Below are positions 9,245-17,150 of a stretch of DNA of 32,862 bases, one piece after another. The position numbers and the translations under genes were made by a program. Each line of letters starts with the position of its first letter. Position 1 is the first letter of the stretch. Location: the sequence record DRR378314_854; one strand, given 5' to 3'. The notes beneath the pieces were generated by a model that worked only from the letters and a program-made list of their open reading frames with translations, did not search any database and was not told where the DNA came from.

Positions 9245-9700
9245 TCAGCCCTCTGGCGTATCCCCCATAAGGTATCTGGGACCGCTACCAAGGGATTTGG
9301 CCCGGTCATCGGGGTTATAAAGCTTACATTTGGGCAGACTGAGACAACCGCAACCGATGCAACCATCCAGATTGTCGCGCAGTCGCATCAGCGTATCGAT
9401 TCGCTGATCCAGACGGGTGCGCAACACTTCGCTGATAGTCTTCCAGTCATGGGGCGTTGGTGTGCGATTTCCCGGCAGTCCCGACAGAACCTCGCGGATT
9501 TCGGGCAGGGTCAGGCCGAATTGCTGCGCGATCATCACAAAGCTCAGCCGCCGAATATCGGCACGCTGATACCGCCGCTGCCCGCCTGCGTTGCGCCACG
9601 GTGATATCAAGCCCTGTGCCTCGTAATACCGGATGGCCGAGACGGCCAACCCGGTGCGCCGGGCCAGTGCGCCAATCGCCAAACCTTCGGAAACTGCCAT
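9245..9700 (-). CDS. soxR: Redox-sensitive transcriptional activator SoxR
   Basis: MerR HTH (IGALARRTGLAVSAIRYYE) and [2Fe-2S] motif CIGCGCLSLPKC. Confidence 0.96.
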   Translation of the reverse strand: MAVSEGLAIGALARRTGLAVSAIRYYEAQGLISPWRNAGGQRRYQRADIRRLSFVMIAQQFGLTLPEIREVLSGLPGNRTPTPHDWKTISEVLRTRLDQRIDTLMRLRDNLDGCIGCGCLSLPKCKLYNPDDRAKSLGSGPRYLMGDTPEG

Positions 9701-9722
9701 AACGAACTCCGGAAAAAATCCC

Positions 9723-9753
9723 TTGACCTAAAGTTAGGTTTAGAAATTACAGT
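9723..9753 (+). promoter_or_regulatory. SoxR-dependent promoter with sox box
   Basis: TTGACC (9723-9728), 19-nt spacer, TACAGT (9748-9753); dyad CCTAAAGTTAGGTTTAGA (9727-9744) resembles the SoxR consensus CCTCAAGTTAACTTGAGG. Confidence 0.88.
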
Positions 9754-9792
9754 GAGTCGGGACAAACCTCAAGCAAAGAAGGAAAGCCCAAA

Positions 9793-10170
9793 ATGGCGAC
9801 ATTGGAACATACCAACTTTACCGTCCGTGATCCGAAGGCATCCGCGGCATGGATGCAGGACGTCTTCGATTGGAAAACGCGCTGGGAAGGCCCGGCAATT
9901 GCTGGCGGCTATACCGTGCACGTAGGCAGCGCACACACCTATCTGGCACTTTACACCCCCGATGATCCGAAGCCCGCCGTAGAAAGCAGCTACGATATCT
10001 TGGGCGGGTTGAACCATGTGGGCGTGCTGGTCGAAGATATTGATGCAACCGAGGCCAAGGTTCGAAAAGCAGGGTTCGAACCGCATAACCACGCTGATTA
10101 TGAACCCGGACGGCGATTCTATTTTCGTGATGATAACGGCATCGAGTTCGAGGTGGTTCAGTATGATTGA
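9793..10170 (+). CDS. VOC/glyoxalase-family protein
   Basis: LEHTNFTVRD, GLNHVGVLVEDI, RRFYFRDDNGIEFEV; AAGGA SD; divergent from soxR. Confidence 0.92.
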   Translation: MATLEHTNFTVRDPKASAAWMQDVFDWKTRWEGPAIAGGYTVHVGSAHTYLALYTPDDPKPAVESSYDILGGLNHVGVLVEDIDATEAKVRKAGFEPHNHADYEPGRRFYFRDDNGIEFEVVQYD

Positions 10171-10220
10171 GATGCTGTGGCTTGCGCATGATGCCTGCCG
10201 CTGGCGACGAGGTGAGCTGT

Positions 10221-10246
10221 TGGGGCAGCGTCATAGACGCGCCCCA
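10221..10246. repeat. GC-rich hairpin (REP-like or terminator) downstream of the VOC gene
   Basis: TGGGGC-A-GCGTC-ATA-GACGC-GCCCCA, 11-bp stem with one bulge, no U-tract. Confidence 0.5.
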
Positions 10247-10348
10247 CCCCCTAAACGGCGGCACTAAGTTGCGAGTTTGCTGACAAGGTGCGCCTCCCCT
10301 CTTGCAATTCACGCCTCATTTGGGTCAGGTAATTGCCAACCCATCCTT

Positions 10349-10378
10349 CGCCCCGACGCTGACCCATGCGGCGGGGCG
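10349..10378 (+). promoter_or_regulatory. Stem-loop in the greA leader
   Basis: CGCCCCGACGC / GCGGCGGGGCG, 10 of 11 paired, 8-nt loop, 28 nt before the greA ATG. Confidence 0.5.
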
Positions 10379-10406
10379 TAACAATTTCTGCGTGGACGAC
10401 AAGACT

Positions 10407-10877
10407 ATGGAAAAGATCCCCATGACGCCTACGGGCAATGCCGCGCTCGGGGCGGAGCTGAAAAACCTGAAATCCGTCGAGCGCCCGGCCATCATCGAAG
10501 CGATTGCCACGGCACGCGAGCTCGGTGACCTGAAAGAGAATGCCGAATACCACTCGGCCCGCGAAAAACAGGGCTTCATCGAAGGCCGCATTAAAGAACT
10601 TGAAGGCATCTTGTCACTGGCCGATGTCATTGATCCGGCCAAGCTGTCGGGTGCGATCAAATTTGGTGCCCAGGTGACGCTGGTTGATGAAGATACCGAT
10701 GAAGAAAAGACCTGGCAGATCGTAGGTGAGTATGAGGCCAACATCGAGAAAGGCCTTTTGAACATCAAATCCCCTATCGCGCGCGCCCTGATCGGCAAGG
10801 AAGAAGGCGACAGCGTCGAGGTTCGCACCCCCGGCGGCGTGCGTTCCTACGAAGTCCTGAGTATCAAATACGCCTGA
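10407..10877 (+). CDS. greA: Transcription elongation factor GreA
   Basis: MEKIPMT start, [29 protein letters not shown]; 156 aa. Confidence 0.97.
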   Translation: MEKIPMTPTGNAALGAELKNLKSVERPAIIEAIATARELGDLKENAEYHSAREKQGFIEGRIKELEGILSLADVIDPAKLSGAIKFGAQVTLVDEDTDEEKTWQIVGEYEANIEKGLLNIKSPIARALIGKEEGDSVEVRTPGGVRSYEVLSIKYA

Positions 10878-10891
10878 GCGGAGCGTTTGTC

Positions 10892-11884
10892 ATGTCAGGG
10901 TCTGAACCTGAGCAGGAAACCGAAAAGCCAACGTCGCTGGGTATCTATGACCGCCCCGCGCACAGCTCGGTCACCGAGATCGAGATCGCGGCTGTTGTAC
11001 TCAGCCTGATCTGGCTGGTGGTATCGGTTGTGTTTCTGGTGCTTCCCGGCGCACAGCAAGGCGGGTTCATCGTAACGTTCCTGGCAGTGTTCATGCCTGT
11101 GGCAATGATCTGGGTCGCTGCCCTGGCAATGCGCGCCAGTCGTGTGATGCGCGAGGAAAGCGCCCGCCTGCAGACCGCAATCGACGCGATCCGAAACAGC
11201 TATGTCGTTCAACAACAGCGCGCCGCCAGCACTTATGAGCCGACAGTCGGCAAAAAGCTGGACGAAATCGCCGAAAGCGCGAAAAAGACTGAAAGCGCAC
11301 TGGCGACATTCTCGACCAACCGCGACGAGCCTGCGCGGGTCAGTAAGCCCACATCTGAGGCCGCCAACCAAACCTCGTTGGAACTCGGGACACCGGCGGA
11401 AGACATTGCACCCCCGCTGCCTACCGATATCTTTATCCGCGCCCTGAACTTCCCCGAAACGCAAAGCGATGAAGCTGGTTTTGATGCGCTGCGCCTTGCG
11501 CTGAAAGACCGCAAGACATCGCAACTTGTGCAAGCCTCACAGGATGTTCTGACCCTGCTCAGCCAGGAAGGCATCTATATGGACGACCTGCGCCCCGATA
11601 TGTCCCGGCCAGAGGTCTGGCGGCAGTTTGCCCAAGGCGCGCGCGGGCGGTCTGTGGCCGCGTTGGGAGGTATCCGGGACCGGTCATCACTTGCACTGAC
11701 AGCGGCACGGATGAAACAGGACCCGATCTTTCGCGACGCGGCCCACCATTTCCTGCGTCGCTTTGACCACATGATCGTCGAGTTCGAGCCCGAAGCCAGC
11801 GACGCCGAGCTGACAGCACTGGGTGAAACCCGCACAGCGCGGGCGTTCATGTTGCTGGGGCGGGTGGCAGGGACGTTTGATTAA
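10892..11884 (+). CDS. Hypothetical membrane protein (2 TM, coiled coil, helical C-terminal domain); possible TipN/GPR-like
   Basis: 330-aa ORF 14 nt after greA with GGAG SD; two N-terminal hydrophobic helices. Confidence 0.85.
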   Translation: MSGSEPEQETEKPTSLGIYDRPAHSSVTEIEIAAVVLSLIWLVVSVVFLVLPGAQQGGFIVTFLAVFMPVAMIWVAALAMRASRVMREESARLQTAIDAIRNSYVVQQQRAASTYEPTVGKKLDEIAESAKKTESALATFSTNRDEPARVSKPTSEAANQTSLELGTPAEDIAPPLPTDIFIRALNFPETQSDEAGFDALRLALKDRKTSQLVQASQDVLTLLSQEGIYMDDLRPDMSRPEVWRQFAQGARGRSVAALGGIRDRSSLALTAARMKQDPIFRDAAHHFLRRFDHMIVEFEPEASDAELTALGETRTARAFMLLGRVAGTFD

Positions 11885-11926
11885 GGCGCTTTGAGTTTTC
11901 TCGAAACAATTAAAAAGCAATGCTCC

Positions 11927-13192
11927 TCAGAGCCCAAAGCTTCCGTATGGAATAAATCGCACCAAATCGCCCTGCTTGATATCTCGGGCACCGTCCTCAA
12001 TTTCCACAAGACCTTCGGCCCAGCTCAGCCCGCTGATCCGGCCCGACCCTTCCGAATGAAACACCTCGGCCTTTCCATCGCGGATACGGGCGCGCAGATA
12101 CTCGCGGCGGCCCGGTTTCTTGCGCTTTTCAAACGCGGCAGGCATGTCGAACCCTTGGGGTTCCTGCCAGCCTGCGCCAGCCATCAAGCTCAGCGCAGGG
12201 CGTGCAAAGATCAATGTGCAGACCATCGCTGCCACGGGATTGCCCGGCAGACCGAAAACGGGTGTTTGCCCCCACATACCCAACGCCAGAGGCCGGCCGG
12301 GCTTAAGTGCGATGCGCCATTCCTGCATCGCCCCAGCCTCACGCAACAGCGCCGAGACGTGATCTTCATCACCTGCAGACGCCCCGCCACTTGTCAGGAT
12401 TACATCCACGCGCTCAGCCGCTTGATCCAGATGCAGCTTCAATGCCTCGCGGTCATCAGCCGCGCGCCCAAGATCAACCGGATCAAAACCCATACGATCT
12501 ACCAGCGACAACAACATTGGGCGGTTGGCATCGTATATCTGCCCAGGCCCAACACTGTCGCCCGGCTCGACCAGCTCATCCCCGGTCGACAGCACGCCCA
12601 CGCGCAACGTCTTGCGCACGGATACCTCGGCCACCCCAACTGCCGACAAAAGCGCCAAATCCGCTGACGTCAACCGCCGACCGGCAGGCAAGGCCAATGC
12701 GCCTTCGACTACGTCTTCACCTGCATTTCGCGTATTGGCACCCTGTTTCAATGGGCCTCGGAAAGCGACGTGCCCGCGTTCAAACGTCACGTCCTCTTCC
12801 AGGATGACCGTATCAACACCCTGTGGCAGGGCGGCCCCGGTCAGAACACGCACCGCATGGCCCAAAGGAACCTCGCCTCTGAACGGAATACCCGCAGCAG
12901 CCCGCCCATCGACTAACGGCAAAACGCAGGAACCATCTGGCACAGGCCCGGCGAATCCGTACCCATCTACTGCCGTGTTTGCCTGTGGCGGATTTGACCG
13001 TTTGGCCAGCACATCCGATGCCAGAATGCGACCCGCGGCCTGCATCAACGGCACGTTCTCGATCCCGGTCACTACCGTCAATCTATCCCGCAACAGCGCT
13101 AGAGCTTCGTCAACCGGTGTCCAGTTCACCCCGACGGGCAAGGCAAAGCAATCATTGCGCAAGGGTGGCGGTGCAATATCCGGCTTACTCAT
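11927..13192 (-). CDS. moeA: Molybdopterin molybdotransferase
   Basis: AVDGY, VLSTGDEL, SGGASAGDED, IALKPGRP, GLPGNPVA. Confidence 0.95.
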   Translation of the reverse strand: MSKPDIAPPPLRNDCFALPVGVNWTPVDEALALLRDRLTVVTGIENVPLMQAAGRILASDVLAKRSNPPQANTAVDGYGFAGPVPDGSCVLPLVDGRAAAGIPFRGEVPLGHAVRVLTGAALPQGVDTVILEEDVTFERGHVAFRGPLKQGANTRNAGEDVVEGALALPAGRRLTSADLALLSAVGVAEVSVRKTLRVGVLSTGDELVEPGDSVGPGQIYDANRPMLLSLVDRMGFDPVDLGRAADDREALKLHLDQAAERVDVILTSGGASAGDEDHVSALLREAGAMQEWRIALKPGRPLALGMWGQTPVFGLPGNPVAAMVCTLIFARPALSLMAGAGWQEPQGFDMPAAFEKRKKPGRREYLRARIRDGKAEVFHSEGSGRISGLSWAEGLVEIEDGARDIKQGDLVRFIPYGSFGL

Positions 13193-13680
13193 AATCCGAC
13201 CTCCCCAAGGATGAAATCTGCAATGGCTACCGTATCACCCAGATCGAATACGGGGCGGTCCAATTCCAATGACGTATCGCTGGCAACCGCACGGATCGAG
13301 TCATCATTTGCTGCGATCAGCGGATTGCCGGGCTCTGCGCGAAAAGCCTCGACCTTGGGATGACGTTCGCGTTTGAAACCTTCGACCAGCACCAGATCGA
13401 CCGGTGACAAACGGGCCAGCAACGCGTCCAGCTTTGGTTCCGGCGCGCCGCGCAGCTCCTGCATCAAGGCGATACGCTGATCTGATGCCAGCAACACCTC
13501 GGATGCACCTGCCACACGATGACGGTGGCTGTCCGTGCCCGGCTGGTCGACATCAACGCAATGATGCGCGTGTTTGACCGTGGAAACGCTAAAGCCCCGC
13601 CCGCTGATCTCGGCCACCAGCCGTTCCATCAGCCCGGTTTTACCTGCGTTTTTCCAGCCGGTGACGCCGTAAACCTTCAT
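13189..13680 (-). CDS. mobB: Molybdopterin-guanine dinucleotide biosynthesis protein B
   Basis: GWKNAGKT P-loop, VKHAHH, DLVLVEGFK; ATGA overlaps at both ends. Confidence 0.95.
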   Translation of the reverse strand: MKVYGVTGWKNAGKTGLMERLVAEISGRGFSVSTVKHAHHCVDVDQPGTDSHRHRVAGASEVLLASDQRIALMQELRGAPEPKLDALLARLSPVDLVLVEGFKRERHPKVEAFRAEPGNPLIAANDDSIRAVASDTSLELDRPVFDLGDTVAIADFILGEVGL

Positions 13681-14333
13681 GCTTGCTCCAACAATGTTTC
13701 GGCGCGTGCCAAATCTTCGGGCGTGTTGACGTTGAAAAACGGATCAAAAGGTTCGGCTGAGAACAAGGCTTCACGCCCCTCATGCTGGTCGGTCCACAGG
13801 ACAACCTTGCGCAAACCACCCTCAAGCGCCACTCGCAGATCATCGCGCAGGGCGACTGGCCAGAGGCCAAATGTCGGGTGCCGATTGACCCGCTTGCCGC
13901 CACCGGATTTCAACGCATCATCCCCAGTGCGCGGCGTGGTAGCGAGAACAAGTGGATGCTGTTGCCCATCGGCGGCCTGCAACAATTGCGCCACCAGATC
14001 ACGTGGAAAAAACGGGGTATCCGCAGCAACCGTCACGATGGAATGTGCACCTTGTTCAGCCGCCCAATCGAGACCCGCGAGGACACCGGCCAACGGCCCT
14101 GCAAAGCCTTCAATCGAATCCGCAATCACAGGTAGACCCAGCTTTGAAAACCGCGATGCGTTCCCGTTGGCATTCAGTGCCAGACCGGTAACCTGAGGCG
14201 ATATCCGATCGATCACACGATCCAGCAGGCTTTGCCCGCCGATCTGCAACATCCCTTTGTCGCCTCCGCCCATGCGGGTTGCGAGGCCACCCGCAAGAAT
14301 GACACCTAATGGTTTCTGCTCCCAATCAGCCAT
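13677..14333 (-). CDS. mobA: Molybdenum cofactor guanylyltransferase
   Basis: ILAGGLATRMGGGDK, GPLAGVLAGL, DTPFFP, FFNVNTPEDL. Confidence 0.95.
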   Translation of the reverse strand: MADWEQKPLGVILAGGLATRMGGGDKGMLQIGGQSLLDRVIDRISPQVTGLALNANGNASRFSKLGLPVIADSIEGFAGPLAGVLAGLDWAAEQGAHSIVTVAADTPFFPRDLVAQLLQAADGQQHPLVLATTPRTGDDALKSGGGKRVNRHPTFGLWPVALRDDLRVALEGGLRKVVLWTDQHEGREALFSAEPFDPFFNVNTPEDLARAETLLEQA

Positions 14334-15210
14334 TGGCGCTCTTCCTGCGATGCTTCTTGTCCTCGACTGCTACGGTCGTGGGATCAATGTCACGCACCAA
14401 ACGGTCCTCACCCGAAAGGCAGACATACCGCTGCCCGCGCATGCGGCCAATCAGGGTCAGACCGACCTCGCGCGCGATCTCCACCCCCCATGCGGTGAAA
14501 CCTGAGCGTGAGGCTAGTACCGGAATGCCCATCATCGCCGTTTTGATCACCATTTCCGAGGTCAGGCGACCGGTTGTATAAAGGATTTTGTCCGCCGCGA
14601 CCTCGCCCTCGGTCAGCATCCAACCCGCGATCTTGTCGACAGCGTTGTGGCGGCCCACGTCCTCCATATAGACCAGCGGGTGGTTTTCGCGGCACAGCAC
14701 CGTGCCATGGATCGCCCCGGCCTCAAGATAGAGCGAGGGCGTACGGTTGATCTTGGCCGCCAGATCATACAGCCAAGAGGTGCGTACCGAGACCTGCGGC
14801 AGGCGCACGTCTTCTAGCCCTTCCATCATATCGCCGAACACGGTGCCCACGGCGCATCCGCTTGTGCGGGTTTTTTTCTTCAGCTTGTCCTCATACGAGG
14901 TCTCGCGCGCGGTGCGGACGATCACGGTTTCCAGATCATCGTCATAGTCGACTTGCTTTATCTCGTCGTCGGCCAATAGCATGCCCTGATTGCGCAGGAA
15001 CCCCAGCGCAAGGTATTCGGGATAATCGCCAATGGTCATCGCGGTCACGATTTCCTGCGCATTGAGGAAGATGGTCAGAGGACGTTCCTCAACCACCGAA
15101 ATCTGGCTGACCTCACCATCCTGATCGACACCTTGAACCGCGCGAGTCAGGCGGGCTGCGCCGGGATCGGGCGCGATAAGGTATTCTGACAGATCGAATT
15201 CTGTGGCCAA
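14326..15210 (-). CDS. fdhD: Formate dehydrogenase accessory sulfurtransferase
   Basis: VVEERPLTI, GAIHG, EDVGRHNAVDKIAG, TGRLTSEMVIK; start probably TTG at 15210 (or 15216); the longer ORF to 15486 overlaps azlC. Confidence 0.92.
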   Translation of the reverse strand: MATEFDLSEYLIAPDPGAARLTRAVQGVDQDGEVSQISVVEERPLTIFLNAQEIVTAMTIGDYPEYLALGFLRNQGMLLADDEIKQVDYDDDLETVIVRTARETSYEDKLKKKTRTSGCAVGTVFGDMMEGLEDVRLPQVSVRTSWLYDLAAKINRTPSLYLEAGAIHGTVLCRENHPLVYMEDVGRHNAVDKIAGWMLTEGEVAADKILYTTGRLTSEMVIKTAMMGIPVLASRSGFTAWGVEIAREVGLTLIGRMRGQRYVCLSGEDRLVRDIDPTTVAVEDKKHRRKSANG

Positions 15211-15265
15211 TTGCAACCCTTTCACAAGACGGCTACTGCTGCTTGCGTCACCATAGGATTTAGCC

Positions 15266-15976
15266 ATGGCCTCCGCCACATCCAAGTCATACTTCTGGAA
15301 AGGTTTTCGCGACGGTTCGCCTTTCGTATTCGTGGCAATTCCCTTTGGCACCTTGTTTGGCGTGTTCGCGACCGAGGCGGGCTTGAACATCGTCCAAACC
15401 ATGGCCTTTTCCGCCACTGTGTTCGCCGGGGCAGCGCAATTTACCGCGCTGCAGCTGCTGCAGGACAACACCCCTACTATCATCATTCTGATTTCTGCGC
15501 TGGCGGTGAATCTGAGGGTTGCGATGTATTCGGCTTCGCTGACGCCCTATCTGGGGGCTGCGCCGCTGTGGCAACGCGCCTGCGCCGCCTATCTGATTGT
15601 GGATCAGTCCTATGCCTGTTCTGTCGTCCGGTTTGAGAAAGAGCCGGATATGTCGGTGCCTCAACGCATGGCCTATTTTGTCGGCTCGGTCACGCCGATC
15701 ACACCGCTTTGGTTGCTTGCAACCTATCTGGGGGCAGTTCTGGGGACGCAAATTCCAGACAGCTGGGCGCTGGATTTTGCCCTGCCCATTACATTTCTTT
15801 CGATGATTGGGCCGATGATGCGCACGCTTGCCCATGTTGTTGCAGCACTGGTGGCGATTGTCGTGGCGCTGCTGACGGTTGGAGTTCCGTTCAACCTCGG
15901 CCTTCTGATCGCTGGCGCAGCAGGTATGATTGCTGGTGCGCAGGCAGAGTTGCAGCTGGATCGGAAGAAAACATGA
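15266..15976 (+). CDS. azlC: AzlC-family branched-chain amino acid exporter permease
   Basis: VFAGAAQF, AVNLR, IVDQSYA, LDFALPITF. Confidence 0.88.
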   Translation: MASATSKSYFWKGFRDGSPFVFVAIPFGTLFGVFATEAGLNIVQTMAFSATVFAGAAQFTALQLLQDNTPTIIILISALAVNLRVAMYSASLTPYLGAAPLWQRACAAYLIVDQSYACSVVRFEKEPDMSVPQRMAYFVGSVTPITPLWLLATYLGAVLGTQIPDSWALDFALPITFLSMIGPMMRTLAHVVAALVAIVVALLTVGVPFNLGLLIAGAAGMIAGAQAELQLDRKKT

Positions 15977-16305
15977 CCCAAGTCGACCCGACCACTATTT
16001 GGATCATCATTATCGGCCTGGCAATTGGTAGCTATGCCCTGAGATTTACCTTTATCGGGTTGGTCGGGGATCGCCCGATGCCCCCCTGGCTGCTGCGTCA
16101 CTTGCGCTATACGGCTGTGGCGATCATTCCAGCGTTGATTGCCCCGTTGGTGGTGTGGCCAGCGGCCACGAACGGGCAACCGGATGTTCCACGCATGGCG
16201 TCAGCAGCGGTTGCACTGACGGTTGGAATAGTCACGAAAAACGTATTGGCAGCCATATTCTCGGGGGCTGCTACGCTGTACGGTCTGCTTTACTTAGTTG
16301 GTTGA
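15973..16305 (+). CDS. azlD: AzlD-family membrane protein
   Basis: GSYALRFTF, LRYTAVAIIPAL; ATGA overlap with azlC; start 15973. Confidence 0.86.
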   Translation: MTQVDPTTIWIIIIGLAIGSYALRFTFIGLVGDRPMPPWLLRHLRYTAVAIIPALIAPLVVWPAATNGQPDVPRMASAAVALTVGIVTKNVLAAIFSGAATLYGLLYLVG

Positions 16306-16926
16306 GGCCGCTTCAAGCTGATTGAGCCGCGCATTGTTTGCGGCCAGTCCCTGCTGCAGATCGGCCGAGTCACTCTCGCGGTATTCCGTGGTCACGACAC
16401 CTGGAATCTGGCCAAACTGCTCGGACAGTTTCACAGGATAGAAAGTGGTGCTCATTTGCTCGAAACCCGGAACCTGCTGCAACAATTGCGAGGTTGAGTT
16501 CGCGCAGTACGCTCCGGCCACCGGGCCCATCTGCTTGGCCAGTTGCAGCGCGATCTCGGCCTGTTGCGGTGTCACTTCGATGGTCTGGATGCGGGCATAA
16601 TGCGTCTCGCGCGCGTGGCTGCTGCGATAGGCGCGCTCGACATTGGGTGTGATGCCATAAAGCACGTCGTTCTTGATGGGTACCACATCCGCCCGAAATG
16701 AACCGGCAGGGTCAAAAATCACCCTTTCGCTGCCGCTGATCATCAACGAGGTATGCGCGCCTGATCCGGTGCGCGTGCTGATCATGGTGTACAGCGTCAG
16801 AGTCGAGGGCCCGGGATCGCGATACGAACGCGATGCAACCTCGGACTGGTCAGCCTGAGGGCGCTGAGACCCGACACAACCGGCAACCAATGCCGCCAGC
16901 AGGCAGGCTATCAAAATTCTGAACAC
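16294..16926 (-). CDS. Hypothetical lipoprotein
   Basis: GTG start after a GAGG SD; signal peptide II with lipobox LVAGC. Confidence 0.85.
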   Translation of the reverse strand: MFRILIACLLAALVAGCVGSQRPQADQSEVASRSYRDPGPSTLTLYTMISTRTGSGAHTSLMISGSERVIFDPAGSFRADVVPIKNDVLYGITPNVERAYRSSHARETHYARIQTIEVTPQQAEIALQLAKQMGPVAGAYCANSTSQLLQQVPGFEQMSTTFYPVKLSEQFGQIPGVVTTEYRESDSADLQQGLAANNARLNQLEAASTN

Positions 16927-16947
16927 GGAGCGCGCGCCTCTGGGTAC

Positions 16948-17082
16948 TTAGGCCGCAAACACCGCCAGGAAAACACAAAGGGCAATACATGCCACCACAA
17001 ACCAAGTGGTGAACTTGACGAACCCGTCAAAGGTTTTGGTTTGAACGGTGATGTCCATCTCGCCGTGCTTATGATCAGCCAT
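16948..17082 (-). CDS. aa3-type cytochrome c oxidase subunit IV (44 aa)
   Basis: Hand translation MADHKHGEMDITVQTKTFDGFVKFTTWFVVACIALCVFLAVFAA; HG.MDI..Q..TF.GF plus one TM helix is the family signature. Confidence 0.9.
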   Translation of the reverse strand: MADHKHGEMDITVQTKTFDGFVKFTTWFVVACIALCVFLAVFAA

Positions 17083-17150
17083 GTGTCAAAGAATCCCAAT
17101 TCGCGTGTTTGGAGTGTTGGATAATGCAAAATGTCTGGCCTGTCACGACG

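Noticed and set aside
11365..11390. QTSLEL resembling a sliding-clamp binding motif
   Set aside because: Short degenerate match in a low-complexity linker of a membrane protein
11891..13214. 258-aa and 229-aa ORFs antisense to moeA
   Set aside because: Shadow ORFs of a clearly identified gene
15211..15486. Long N-terminal extension of fdhD in the ORF track (similarly for TPR, greA, GDPD, yqgE, azlD, lysE and the phosphoesterase)
   Set aside because: Extensions overlap neighbouring genes or promoters; downstream starts fit SD position and family N-termini better
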